From: Lepidodermella squamata
Taxonomy: Eukaryota; Animalia; Gastrotricha
NCBI GenBank assembly: GCA_047495785.1
Contig: JBLDXI010000014.1
Coordinates: forward strand, 558,001 to 622,000
Length of the DNA stretch: 64,000 bases
Direction: 5' to 3'
Shown: positions 15,379 to 28,590 of the stretch, piece by piece
How positions within the stretch are numbered: position 1 is the first letter of the stretch
Layout of the letters: each line of letters opens with the position of its first letter
Position numbers and translations under genes: made by a program
Notes under the pieces: generated by a model
What the model was told of the DNA's origin: nothing
The model's input: the letters and a program-made list of their open reading frames with translations, nothing else
The model's database searches: none

Positions 15379-16129
15379 TTGACAGTAACCAGTAAATTAG
15401 TAACCAGTTGAATAAAATAAGGCCCTATATACGGCCCTACCTAAACGCTCACTAACATCATATTTTTCCCACGGTCTTTCAGTCAGCTCCGAGTGAACGC
15501 AATAAAACTTTCGGCTTTCCAACACCGGCAAAAACTGCCACTTAAGATGACTTCTGCTGGCTATGCGAGATCAGCAGCAGGAGTGAATTTCATCTTTACG
15601 TCGCTTGAAAAATGACTGGGTCTGTTTTCGCTTAGCTTTACAAGAGTTCTTCCTTCGGTTTGCTCCCAGAAGTACAGTTGCATCATGACAGTGTTTTTAA
15701 GGTGGAAATTTTCGCATTGACTCACCCCCCAAAATGACACACCAAAGCCGTACTTAAAAAATACACTGGCTAATACCTGCGCCGTTCCTGTGGCTAATGG
15801 CACTGTTAACCTACTTTACGGACAGATTCAATTCGTTCTTCAGTAATGACTTCGAAAATTTGCCCGAACAGATTTCGATTTGGTAAAAGGTTTTGTAACA
15901 AAATCTGCACAACTCTGCCGATAAATAGTAATAAATACTGCATTTATTCTGTTTGAAATATTTTGGCCGGTATGTTGACGACTGAGATTGCAAGCTCATG
16001 AGAAAGAAAATAGAAGCACCTGAAGAATAGGCATTGGTATAAGTAATAAGGTGTTAAAATAAATGAATTCGATTTCACAGCTATAAAAATAGTTACATCA
16101 AAACAAAGTTAGAATATTAGGCACGGAGA

Positions 16130-17306
16130 TCACGAATCTTTCAACAAAGTATAATTCATTTCATCGGGAAGAAGCATTTCAAGGAAATGTTTAAAATTTT
16201 GCAGGCCAATAAGGTAATTAATATCTTGTCCGGAATTCCCATCAGCAACGTGAGCGAAGTCGATCATTTTCACGTCTACTTTGCACGGATCGTTGGAATA
16301 GTCATTCGCACCCTCGTAAATGATCAAAATTGAGCTGGAATAGAACCGAAACCGCTCGTTGCCTTGGAACCACTGCTCGATCAAACTGAGGCGCTTTATA
16401 ACTTCGAGAACAACATCTAACCGCAACTTTCCACTTTCGTGAGAGAAAAACGGCTGCAGAACTGAGAAAAACAGCATATAATTATCATCAACTGATTTTT
16501 CTAGAGGAAACTCACTTTCATGGAGCAAGTACGCTGCCGATAGACCTCGAATTTTCCAAAACGAGATTTTCTTGTACGAATTAGACGAGCCAATGAACTA
16601 AAACAAAATTACTTTAATTGAAATTCTACTAAATGAATCAATCGAGGTGTGAAAAAACTGAATTCCCCGAATCTCATGAGCACGGCATTTGTCACATGCA
16701 ACAAATCCTCTAAGTTTTCCAAGCACTTCGCCAACTTGCCAATTTTGTATGATGCTTTTAGTCATAATAGTTCTTAAAACTGAATCATCGTACTCACCAT
16801 GCGAAGGCCAGTTACACGGAATCCAAGTGAGCATCCCAAAGGATATAACATTTTCTCCTTGGCGATTTTCAGGAAGCAATCGGTCGGCGACCACGTTTGA
16901 GCTCCAATTTTCACATCAATTATCGAAGGGTGTTTGAAATTAAGCGTCAAGTCCTCCAATATCAGGAACGAAACTAAATAAAAAACAATTCATATTAATA
17001 AAAAACGCTAATATTAGTATCAGGTGTCAACTAACAATGATTATTCACCGTAGTTCCGTAAAACTTTGACACGAATTGATTAATATCTGGATTTGATTTA
17101 GGCCGTGATTCATCGTTAATCCAACGGTAAAATTCCTCCTCCGCGAGGGGCGATCGTCGCGGGTACGGTTTCAGGATCTTACCAGCTGGTTTTGAGCATA
17201 AAAATGAGCGTTTGCCGGACGTTTGCGTCGGCATCGGACATGTGCCGTCCTGGTTGAAGTCGCCGGGAAAGAACAACCTGAGGCATTTCAACTTCAACGA
17301 TATCAT
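16130..17306 (-). CDS. IPMK: Inositol polyphosphate multikinase (IPK family), multi-exon
   Basis: PSIIDVKIG (PxxxDxKxG), FYSSSILIIYEG and KMIDFAH motifs. The start codon is uncertain. Confidence 0.82.
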
Positions 17307-17653
17307 GAATAAGAAGCCTAGAGTAGAGTAGTCTGATGTTATTCACGAAAACCAGGCCCGATTAACTTAGTCTTGTATTTATCAAGCTCATACATGACTT
17401 GGCAGTAGTACACATGCAATCAGCGTAATTGTAATGTAATATAAAACATCAGAATGCATCAGCGAGTGAATCACAAAAGCGCGAAAAGTCTACCTAGCGC
17501 TATGAATGTACAAATACTGGTAATAAGAAAAAACCTGTTCTGTAAACTATCCGACATCACGCATGCTTCAATACACATCAGCCATGGCTGCTCGCAATAA
17601 AAATGTAATAAAAGAACGTCTAACAACCTGCAAATAAATAGACAGGTCCGTTC

Positions 17654-19042
17654 TTAGCTTAGCAGCTTTTTTGCCGCAGAGGGTAACAGATTGACCCGCG
17701 CAAAATTAAGAAGTTCTGGCGCTATATTGTTCGCGGACAAATATTCGACTAGATCAAAGTGTTGGAATGAGCACAGGTATTGGGTTGAAGTCTTCTGCGT
17801 CGCAGCGACGCGACCCGTCCAGCCGGAACCAGCTCCGCTGTCAACGCTGTTTCTTTGAATCAAACCAGCGTCGATCAAGCGTTCGAATGCCCTTAGCGCA
17901 GTGGCTTTCGAGCAAAAAAATCGAGCCTCGTGGTGGCGACGTACAAACTGCTCATATACAGCATAGGCAGCTTCTAATAGCACCGGTTGGTGGTTGGAAG
18001 TCACAGCAACGTGGAAACTGACTAATAGAGCCAGTTCAAGAGGAGAAAGGGCAAGTAGAGCCGTGTGACCAGGAGGGTTATAAAACAGTTCAATTTGAGT
18101 CGACAAGCGAGCAGGATTAAGACAGTCATCAAAAGTTCCAATGCCGGCTTGAAAAATCAGCCGGCCTAATATCATTTTTAGATCCCGAACACTGGGGTTT
18201 CGTTCGAGCCAAGCTTGAATAACAGCTTTTGTTTCGTTTGACTCAATGAACTGCGAAACAGTGTTGTTCCAACGTTGCGTAATATCTTTCTGAGAAGCAT
18301 TGTTGCTTTTCGTAACACCGACCGTCAAAAATAGCTTCATCAAATTTTTCATAGTTTCAACACTGTGGCAAGGTGGGATGAGCAACTGCTCACCCGAAAA
18401 CCGGGATCTAACTCGTTTCTCCAATAACTCCAATACTCCAAATCGATTTGATAGAGCCAACACGCAGATCGGAAGTTTATCAGCATTGTGAACTGAATCG
18501 ACCAAAGTGTACAAAAGACCTTGGCTTCGCCTGGCAGCAAAAATTTCGAGTGGATCCAAGACAAATATCAAGGCAAAAGGTCTAGTTTGAGTTGTCAGAA
18601 GGGACATCACTCTACCAAAACGATCGCCAAGCAAGACTTCCTCAGATTCTTCAGCAAGTATTTTGATTGAAGTGCCAGTTTGCTCCTCTATTTGAGCGGC
18701 AATGTCGTCGATTGCCGATTCGTCAGTCGAATGCACAGAAGTCAATCGTATAACGACGATATGACGGTCATTCTTAGCTTTCGTCACATTTGATCTAACC
18801 CGGTTCAATGCAGCTTCGACAAGAGCTGTTTTGCCACTTCCAGCCAATCCACATACCAAGACGGCGTCTGACTGCTTGTTTTGAACTGATCGTGAGATTA
18901 ACGAAACAAGTTGTTCGAGTTCACTGGGAACGATTTCGGTGACCAACCGTTCGGTAAATGATGGATCGCTGCTTTCAGACAATAATCTGGCGCTCAATTC
19001 GGCGCGCATAAAGGGCGCTTCCGACAATGAGTAAGACTTCAT
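17654..19042 (-). CDS. ORC4: Origin recognition complex subunit 4 (intronless CDS)
   Basis: Walker A GLAGSGKT, QGLLYTLVD, arginine-finger motif LEKRVRSRFS, and a C-terminal region LSPLELALL...AFERL. Confidence 0.9.
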   Translation of the reverse strand: MKSYSLSEAPFMRAELSARLLSESSDPSFTERLVTEIVPSELEQLVSLISRSVQNKQSDAVLVCGLAGSGKTALVEAALNRVRSNVTKAKNDRHIVVIRLTSVHSTDESAIDDIAAQIEEQTGTSIKILAEESEEVLLGDRFGRVMSLLTTQTRPFALIFVLDPLEIFAARRSQGLLYTLVDSVHNADKLPICVLALSNRFGVLELLEKRVRSRFSGEQLLIPPCHSVETMKNLMKLFLTVGVTKSNNASQKDITQRWNNTVSQFIESNETKAVIQAWLERNPSVRDLKMILGRLIFQAGIGTFDDCLNPARLSTQIELFYNPPGHTALLALSPLELALLVSFHVAVTSNHQPVLLEAAYAVYEQFVRRHHEARFFCSKATALRAFERLIDAGLIQRNSVDSGAGSGWTGRVAATQKTSTQYLCSFQHFDLVEYLSANNIAPELLNFARVNLLPSAAKKLLS

Positions 19043-20289
19043 AGTGTGAGGGACCTAAAAACAGAAAAGCTGGTCGAAGCAAGCTTCAATAATCAGTGTT
19101 GGTTCATGAGGAGAAAATGATCTTTTACAAATAAGAATAATTTCTGAGCATCCATGTAAAGAAAATAAGAATGAAAAACTTTTGAAACAATAATATTTTC
19201 TAATCGCAGGGTTCTTTCAGTTTGAAAAAAACGCGAAGGCAGGAAGCGGCTATTCGGTCGGTTCATGTCAAGCCTTATTAGTAGAAAAAGATGCGAAGCG
19301 AATGAGGATAAGATCTCATTGGACATGCGGCTTATTGATCTGCCATTTTTTAATTAAAGAATTCGGAGACTATTTAAACGAACGTTCTAGAGGATCTAGT
19401 GATCTAAAAAAATTTAAGATAACAATATACATGGGAATTATCAAGGTCAAATATAAAAGTAACGGCGCAAAGTACTCATCATTCACATTCCATGGCAGGG
19501 TAACGTTTAGGACAATATTGAACCAACAGACGCCACTGGGTCTAAGATTTATGATCTCTACATGCAGGTTGACAGAGCAGGCGAGAAAAGCATCATAGAA
19601 TTCATCTCTGATCCTCAAAAGACCCAATATAAAATCTGCTGACAAATGTCTTCATTACCGCCTTTGAGCTGAAACTAGATATGGACTCGCGACTAGGAAA
19701 GGCCGATGGCGCTCGCGGTTATTAGACGCATAGTATCACCACCTTTAGAAAAAATGCATCGATTTGCGCAGGTAACATTCAGAGCGGCTTATTCAAATGT
19801 CTGACAGCTACAGTTGAACTGATAGCCGTTCACACATTTGTGGGGCATGTGATGGAATACGAAATACATGGAATCTTGTTGACATGAAATGTTAAGCACA
19901 AGAAACTGCTTCTTATAAGGTAAGGGTGTCCTGACTTATGAGTGCTTCTCGTGGGAAAGACCGAACGCAGAGCTCCAAAAACCTTGGAGCTTCCGAAAAT
20001 TCCGAAATCTCAAAATACGCGGGCTTCCAGCTTAGTTCAAGGTTGTTTGCAAGATATCAAAATTTACAGCAGCACTAAATAAATAGAGTAACCACAATTT
20101 AACTTATATAATTAGAAGGGTTTTTAATTGCAGCTTAATCGAACCTTCCGTCGATGGATGTTGGCTGGGCAGCTGGGAGCGTTGGGAGAGGGAGGGATTT
20201 TTATTGTGCACACGGATGTTTATAGTGACAATCCTAGGTCGTTCATCTGAGATTTGATAAAGTGTATGGCGGAAAACAAAAGCTTTGGG

Positions 20290-20620
20290 ATTTCATTCCA
20301 TTTTTGAACGATGATGTTGATCCTTTTGAATGGTTTCATCTTCAGCCACTAGGTCGATTGTCGATAGCTTTGTTAATTGACAGTGATGCTTCAATGTTGA
20401 GGCACGAGTAACGCCGCGCTGTTTGAATATTCTTGCAAAACTTTTTGATCGCACCTGCTTGGTGCCTAGCCAAGCCTTTCGCGCGGAAATGATTCTGTAC
20501 CGCGTCAAGCTTTTCGAGGGTTCTTTTAGGTGGAGCCACAAAATTGATGGAACCATAGTGAACTCTATGAAGAAGGCACTATGTTTTGAATACATTTTCA
20601 AGTTTCGCAAGGGAAAGAAA
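20290..20620 (-). mobile_element. Degenerate non-LTR retrotransposon (LINE, RT C-terminal region) fragment
   Basis: VHYGSINFVAPPKRTLEKLDAVQNHF resembles the LINE post-RT motif L(D/E)YGSxxY...LxKLDxxQN. Stops and frameshifts surround it. Confidence 0.45.
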
Positions 20621-21921
20621 TGGATGGGGTCACATTATTTGAGCCTTGTTTGCATGACGAAATTGTCTGGCAACACACACCATTTCCACTGTGAACAAAT
20701 CGCCCAGAACTCAGAACTAAACCCGGGAGAGTCATCGTTTCGCAGTCGACTCGTCAAGCACAGGGTCGTCGGCGACTCTATGCCTCACATCTGAAACTTG
20801 GGTGGGAGAACTTGCGTATCAACACGCTTTTTCGGTTCCATTGAAACTCGTCAATGCGTTTGGGCCCATTGTGTCGCCTTTGCTTCCGCGATGTCAACCT
20901 CCGAAGATGAATAAACACTGGAAGCTGCACCTGCTAATAACCCACAGAAGGATCTAATGAAGTCTCGCAACGTCTGCCAAGGACGGCGTCGCGGTTTGCA
21001 ATCCCTCTTAACATCGGTAACATCGGTATCATCGTAACATCTCATTGGTTAGCAGAGAAAACATTCTCGCAATTACCGCATCAACAGCTCGCAACATTGT
21101 AAAATCTGTGATGTGCTTTTAGTCTTTAGGCTGAAATTTTGCTAGCGTTTTTTGAAAAATCACTTGAGTGTAAGCACAATTGAAAAATTATTTGGAGGAA
21201 AAGATACTATCTTACGAATATAGAAATTTTATAGAAATTTTACGAAAATCGACAAAAGAATTAAAACTTCAAGTTTCCAATAGGAGTTTCATCTCTGGTA
21301 AAACTCTATTCTCTATGAATGTGGCCGATGAATCATGCGCACTTCATATAAGCTAGCAGTTATTTTTGGGGTTCATTTTCCAAGTCATCACATTGCTTAA
21401 ACACTGAAGCACTTCAGCAATTCAGCTAACAAAACAACTCAAATGCTAACAATTCAAAAGCACTTGAGCACAGTTATTTTTTTGTTAAGTTTCAAGTATT
21501 TGAGCAAAACATAGCAGAACAATTATTCATTTAACTTTTAACTTTGCTGGAGCTTGGCAAAAAAGTATCAAATTTTCATCATATTGTCGGCCCATAAGTA
21601 TATATTAAACCAGCTTAAAGGCGAAAGATGAGATTTATCGATTTGAACGGCTCTTTAGGGCGTGCGCTCATTGATTGGAATGTTGCCATACTATCGCATT
21701 TTTTTGCACCAACTGTTTATCTTCTAAGCTGACCGTGCCTACCTATGTAGTCACAACACTCTAATAACAATGGAATACATCATCCAGTAAGATTCGCTGA
21801 TTGTGTAAATCGATAATAACGATCGACGATCACACCTCTGCTTGAATGGCTGCAAGTTGACCATGTTCACATTGTGTCATATTTCGACTGGAACGTTTGG
21901 ACATTCAATTCGGCAATCGGA

Positions 21922-23221
21922 ATGATTCGCATAGCCCTGACATCAGTTTTGATGGCCAACATGGTCATTCACGTCAATGGTAAGCCCTAATGAAAACTCA
22001 TGTTGGGAGAAGTATATTTTTGAATTGTTTGATAGCCCAAACCGATACCACAACAATCGTTCCTTCTGCTACAACAATCGGATCGGTTTGCACTCAAGAT
22101 TCTGATTGTTTGGGCAACGGAATTTTATGTAAGATTCCATCTAATGGATGTACTTACGGAGAATGCGGCTGTCCTGATGGATATTCGTATGACAAAGTCA
22201 GCTTCATATGCAAACCATGTATGCCATAAAATTGATCGTTCATATTCTTCTCATACCATCCATTTTGTTAAGCTTCTGCTGTTGGCCAACCCTGTGGTGA
22301 TGACAGGGCTTGCAAACAACTGAACTCAGTTTGTACTAATGGCTTTTGTGATTGCGTAGATGGGTATGATACTTTTGGTGTAGCCTATATTTTATGTTTT
22401 TTTCGGTTTCGCCATGATCAAGCTACGTCAAGAGACTGTCTTTGGACAAAATTTATCTGATCTGCGTGCCCAAAGAAGCCAAAGGTCAGCAAGGAGAGAA
22501 GTGCGCAGATTCCAATCAATGCCTTCCTCCGCTTGTCTGTTCCACCAGTAAACAAGTTTGCACGTGTCCAATCGGCTACAAATACACTGGGAACAACAAG
22601 CGCTTGTGCGCCCCAAGTGAGATAACTTGGGCCTTCAAACATCTATACTTACCTTTTAATGCTTTTCAGATAGCGTCGGCGATCCATGCACGACTGATAA
22701 CGACTGCCTAGTTGCCAATGCGTTTTGCCGCAACTCAACTTGTAACTGCTCCGGAGGATTCCGTCAAATCGATTGGCGCGTGCAGTTTCGCGAACCGCTC
22801 ACTGGAACTTACACTGCTTGGAACATCAAAGCATGTGTTGGAGCTGTTGGTATGTCTCGAAGCGATGTAATCAACTATTTTACCTAAATTCTTCCTCATT
22901 CACAGAACCTATTTACACCACTGGAAATCAATGCCTGACTGTATTACGAAGAAGTGTTAGTACGGCATGTGATTCAGAAAACATATGCATTCCTTGCAAT
23001 CCAAACGTAAATAATACTGGATTCTGCACGTGTAAGTCTCAGCGAGCTTTGAGAAGATATTCACTAATTTTTGTGTATGGACAGCTCTGAAAATCAGCCC
23101 GAGTCCAGTGGATGGATTTTCCAGTAAAATAATTCTCAGCGGATCAAGCTCGATCGTGGCTTCGGCCAATGTCGCCATCATCGGTCTCGCAATCGGGCTT
23201 ATTGCACATGTTTTGCATTGA
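21922..23221 (+). CDS. Cysteine-rich EB-module/EGF-like repeat surface protein with a GPI-like tail
   Basis: Signal MIRIALTSVLM; repeats such as IGSVCTQDSDC...CGCPDGY and QGEKCADSNQC...CTCPIGY; C-terminus VAIIGLAIGLIAHVLH*. Confidence 0.78.
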
Positions 23222-24151
23222 TTGAGGCGGTGGTTCGCTTCACCAGCAATAATGATATATTCCTGTGAAATACAGAATAGCCTAGCACATGTCCCTCCTA
23301 TGTTTATTTTTAACTTTAGACCTCACACAAGCTTGGTGATGTAATTATACCACTTTTCAGTGTTTACTTTGAGTACTTTGAGTAAAATGGTTTCTTTATT
23401 CCTAAAGATGTATTTTAGCTAGATGAGATTGGTGTTCCGACTTGAACATGGCGAATTTTTCTTAAGATAAGAGGAGAAAAAGAAGGTTTCGTGGGCTGCT
23501 CAGCGACGAGCGGCGATACAAATACGGAGCATGAGAGAGCAGCTTTGGATTGCTAGTCGAGTAAGTTTAATGACACCCATCGTTTCGTTATATAACTCTC
23601 CATTTGATACCTTTTTCAATTTATAAAGCATCGCCAATTTGAAAGAAAGACGCAGAATCTTTTACTTGCTCCTATGGAATTCGGAGGCATGTAACACTGA
23701 AAAATAATAACGAACGAAGCCCAAAGCCGAAAGCTGCTGCTGCTGTGTAATTGGTTGTGGCCACTAAACTTCAGATTTTCTGTGTGATGGGAAGGGCGCT
23801 TTGGCTAGGAAAAGATCCATAAAAAAAATTATCGGCTAAAAACGGAGATCCCAGTGTCTCTAAACTCCGAGTACTTTTCGCCAAAGCTTTTGTCAACAAT
23901 TGTGTCATAGCTAAATCATAATTTTTTAGTTATCGAAGAAGTTCGAGCTGAGAGCAAGCAATTATTGCTATAATTCACATAATTATATAGTTTGCAAAGA
24001 AGAATTGAATATAAAGTAACAACTTATGTCTCCCAGAATTACCCATCCTCCTACCTCCGGCTACAGCAGCTTGGATTCGCTTGCAAGGCACCCGGCAAAA
24101 ATTTTGGCAGAACACCAAAGGCTTCGTGAATCAAGGTCTGATTTCCCTATT

Positions 24152-24409
24152 GAAACCATAGCAACGATTTAGGCCAACTGGGCGATTGCGAAAGCATTCA
24201 GCTGAATACATTTTGCTAGCTTAAATGCAGAGTGCAGTATCTATTCTTCAACTTCGCTGCTCGCTGCTCGGCGCGCACGCAAAAAAAGGAAAGAAATTAA
24301 AAATAAATGCTGCGATGGTTGTACGCATTGCACAAAATTTAAAATATCAATTTATATTATTAAAATGTTGTTGGTAACAAAATTGATTTAAAAAAAATGT
24401 CATAGCAAC
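24152..24409. promoter_or_regulatory. RFX X-box-like sites upstream of KIF9
   Basis: GAAACCATAGCAAC (24152), GTTGTTGGTAAC (24367) and TGTCATAGCAAC (to 24409) are partial matches to GTNRCC-N-RGYAAC. Confidence 0.45.
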
Positions 24410-24619
24410 GAAGACTCTTGAATTCGCAATCCTTCGAGCTCGACCCTCGTGTTGTTGACAGCAGATGCAGGAATCTCTCATCTGTACTCACTTGTTTCAT
24501 GTGTAAATGGTCGCTTGCTATGATTTATCACTTTGCTTCCTTGCTATTATCTTACCAACTCAAGTGCAATTCTATTAGAATCTGATTGCAAATTTTATTT
24601 AGGTTTTGCGGCCATTACA

Positions 24620-27440
24620 ATGAAGAATAAAGTGACAGTGTGGTGCCGTATAAGACCCAGCGCGCAATTCGCTAACACCGCCATCCATATTTTGAAGGAG
24701 GATAAAACCATAAACATTCATTATCCGCGAGATGAGAAGCAAGGAGTTGTGAACAATCAATGTCTGGACTGGTCGTTTCGCCTAGATGGAATTCTTCACA
24801 ATGCATCGCAAGATGACGTCTACAATTGTTGCGTTGACCGCATCGTCAACGAAGCTTTAAATGGATTCAGTGGCACGGTTATGTGTTACGGGCAGACCGG
24901 GGCTGGAAAGACTTTTACGATGACTGGTACGACGGAGAACTTTCATCACCGAGGAGTTATACCGCGGGCGATCGCAGGTTAGATTTGCTGAAATATTGTT
25001 GGTTGATTTTGCATACAATCTATGTTATTAGGACTGTTCCGTGCCATTAGAGACCGACAAGATCTCTCAGTTAGCATTAAGATATCATATTTTGAAGTTT
25101 ACAATGAAGCTATAAACGATTTGTTGTCTTCGCTTCCTGAGGCAGCTACAGTAAATTCTAATTCGGAGCCTGCGGTTGTGGTTGAGGATGAAAATGGAGC
25201 TTACGTCCGCGGATTATCTTATCATCTTGTGCAAAACGAAGAAGATGCCGTTAGTTTACTGTTTGAGGGCGAGGCTTCTCGGGTCATTGCAGCTCACTCC
25301 TTGAATCGTCAATCGAGCCGATCACATGCCGTTTTCACTGTTTACCTCGAATGCAGATCTCGTATCGCTACAGGTTTACCAATTCAACACTGCTCATGAT
25401 TTTTTAGTAAGCTATTATTTTAGATGCAAGATATACTACTGCCAAGTTGAATTTTGTCGACTTGGCGGGGTCAGAAAGGTTGGCCAAGACCATGTCAGCC
25501 GGAAAAGCTCGCGAAGAGGCGATGTACATTAACAAGTCACTATCGTTCTTAGAGCAAGTAGTCGTCGCTCTGGCAGAAAAGCGCCGAGAACATGTTCCGT
25601 TCCGTCAATCAAAATTAACTCACTTTCTCAAGGTAAATTTGTTTTGTTTTTGTTGTCAGTTCGGCAATTTTATGTTTTGATACAGGACTCTATAGGTGGT
25701 AAATGCAATACTGTCCTTATTGCAAACGTTCGCGCGGAACTTGCTCATATGGAGGAAACTGTTTCAACTCTTCGATTTGCCGTTCGTATGATGAACGTCA
25801 CTGCAGAGCCAGCAGCGCTTGAACACGTCGATCCGACCGCAATGGTTCGTCAACTTCAGGGCGAAGTCGGTGCTCTTCGCAGGGAATTAGCGATGAAAGA
25901 CGCTCTCTCGAATCGCCAACCCGAGCGTTATGAGCCTCTGACTGACCAGCAACGTCGTGAGTTGGAGCGTTCGGTTCGTAAATACATCGAAGGTGGTGCA
26001 GATTCTTTGGAGATCATCAGCGCTCGGCAGGTTGAAACCGTGTTTGAAATCTTCAGGAAAGTTTTCAAGGAACTTGAAAGGGACACCGAAAAAAGACTCC
26101 GAGAAGCTCAACAACAAGGCGTTAGGAAGGGTCAACCAGGAGGGGTTGTTTCTGGCCAGCCATCTGATTTGTCAGATGACATGGGCAATGCTGGTGAACT
26201 AGACCGGCGAGGTGGTTTCGGCATTTCTGGAGCCCCGGCGGGCAGCAAAGCCGAGCCGAATGCTGTGGCTAATGCAAAGAAAAAAGAAGCAGCAGCCGCA
26301 GCCCTGAAGCGCCGATCAACTTTGATTTCACAAAGCCCTGCGCCAGAGCAGCCTGAACACCCGCAAGCTCCTCCAAGTCCTCAGATGCAACCACAAGGTA
26401 CGGCCAGCAGTAACAAGAAAGGGTCTACCGGGGCTCAACGAGACCCGTCTTCGGGCCACGCGCCTCCTGTTCAGCAAGGAAGCACAGTAGCTGATACGGT
26501 ACATCCACCAAATAGATCAGAGGCTTTCGAGGAATTTAAAAGAGGCCGCGGCCAAGAAATTCAACGCGTACTCACAGAGAACAAAGAAGTTCTCATGCGT
26601 AAGAAACGCGCTTATGCCGAAGTTGCTCGACGAGTTAACTCTCTGAAGTCTGAAATCGACAAAACTCGAGGAAAACTTGATCAGTTGAAAGCCGAACGAG
26701 AGGCGGAGGGTTTCGCAGTACCGGTTGGTGAAAACGGCGAGAAAGAGGAGGTTGTCATCACGGAAGATGAATTCGTCGAGATTCGGAAACTGCACGATTT
26801 GAAACAGAAATATCGCCTCGCATATGATGAATTGTCTAACATCCGCTCAAAAATAACTTATTGCCAACGATTGATCGATCAATGCCGGCAAAGGTTACTC
26901 CGCGAATTCCAGCAATGGTACGCTGAGTCTTATGGCGTAAACCTCGGACTGATTTCATCTGCAGATGGCTTGGACAAGGACGATAGACAGGCAAATTAAA
27001 CCCAAAAGCTTTTATTTGAAAAATTAATTCAAATTTATTTCTAGATTGGAATCGATACTGGTCTGAGCGGCGAAAGTTTTGTGGTCGATGAAGACGAGGG
27101 CGATCGATTCGAAAGAAAACAGCGCGAGCTGATTGAAGACCCTGAGCAGTACTCATTCGCTAAGGCTCGAAATCGTGCCGATCATCGGATAGCGCAGCAG
27201 TCGCCTAATTCGTTCAGTGTTTACAACAGCTACCGCAAAAACGCGCCACAAGTCTTTAATGTTGTTGGCGTAGCCGGCGGTCTCGATCACCCTAATCATC
27301 CCTACATGATCGGTGCGGTCCAACCGGGGCCCAGCCCGCTACCTGTTGGCATGCTATCTCCTCATCAACAGGCTATTACTGGGCCGGTGACCAAGCCGAC
27401 CAAAGGTGGCCGGCTTCCGCCCATGCCCGTCGGTGGCTAA
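24620..27440 (+). CDS. KIF9: Kinesin-9 family motor KIF9 (5 exons)
   Basis: GVVNNQCLDWSFRLDGILHNASQ, GQTGAGKT, SSRSH, FVDLAGSER and HVPFRQSKLT, followed by a coiled-coil tail. Confidence 0.9.
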
Positions 27441-28590
27441 TCACCCTAATTTATGATGAAGACTTGAAATACTTTAGAATTTGATTTTATGTTGTCATTG
27501 ATTTGTACACAGCGTAGACTCATCGAATTTTTGCCAAAATAAGTGTTTTGAAGTAATACTGTTAGATAAATTCGAAGATGATAAGAAAGCAAACCTGTGG
27601 ATCTCACTGTGAAATTGATTGGGAACGGTAATTCCATTTATCGTTAAGTTGTTTAGTTCATCAAAGATATCACATCTATTTCTTGAAGAATTTACCCTTC
27701 ATCAGCCCTTATTTTCAAATCGGCTCGAGCTTGAATTATGCATTCATATTAAATTGTTATTTTAATTATCAATGATATTGGGAGAATAAATAAGTTTTCG
27801 ATTGTTCACTTTTTTGTATCACGAGGTCAGCAAAGGTCAGCAAATCTGCCCAAGGCAACGGGAGAAAATGCAATAACGTGGCATGCCCCTAGCTCATAAG
27901 CTCAACGTATCTTGCGGTTTTTAATTATCCTTGGAGCTATTTGCCGGACGGCAAAAATGCATTCCTGTGAAAATATTGTATCATTATTCGCGGGTATGCA
28001 GTCAAATAGCAAGGATTTGAGCATTACATAGTAAAAAAATGCCTCCGTAATATGCGTAGTCGGCGAACAAACGACTTTTTTACGCTAATACCATGAATCC
28101 GAAGTTGACTTTGTAACGCATTTGCCGTCCAAATCCGTCTTTTTATCCATTTTCATTGTATTAACAAAGAATCGCTTTCATGAAAGGATAACAAATGACA
28201 ATCGCGCTTTACGTTGAAAAAACTGTCAAATGGATATTCCACACCGCTTTATCTTTAATTCCATCCTTGATCCACATTTCCAGCTATGCTTTACTACCTT
28301 TTACACTTCTTCACACTTGTACCTAAATTCTCGAATATTGGCAGTTTGGCGGAGTATTATGAAACTTTTGTATTAATGTAATTACGCATGTAGTGAAAAC
28401 CAATATCCGCAGTCGCGGAACGACGAAAACAAAAGGGGTCGCGTTGCGATTTTTTGCGCACCTGGAACTTTTTAATCTCATTTTTTATACGAAATGTTTG
28501 TCCCCTTAGCAAAACTTGATGAATGCTTGGATTATTTCGCGCTACCGCAATATAATCACGTAAATGCTTGCGTCTAATTATTGTTAAAAT

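Noticed and set aside
23470-23694. Two plausible + strand exons (EEKKKVSWAAQRR...|HRQFERK...EFGGM*) with a GTAAGT donor
   Set aside because: No convincing start or upstream exon and no recognisable family; left uncalled.
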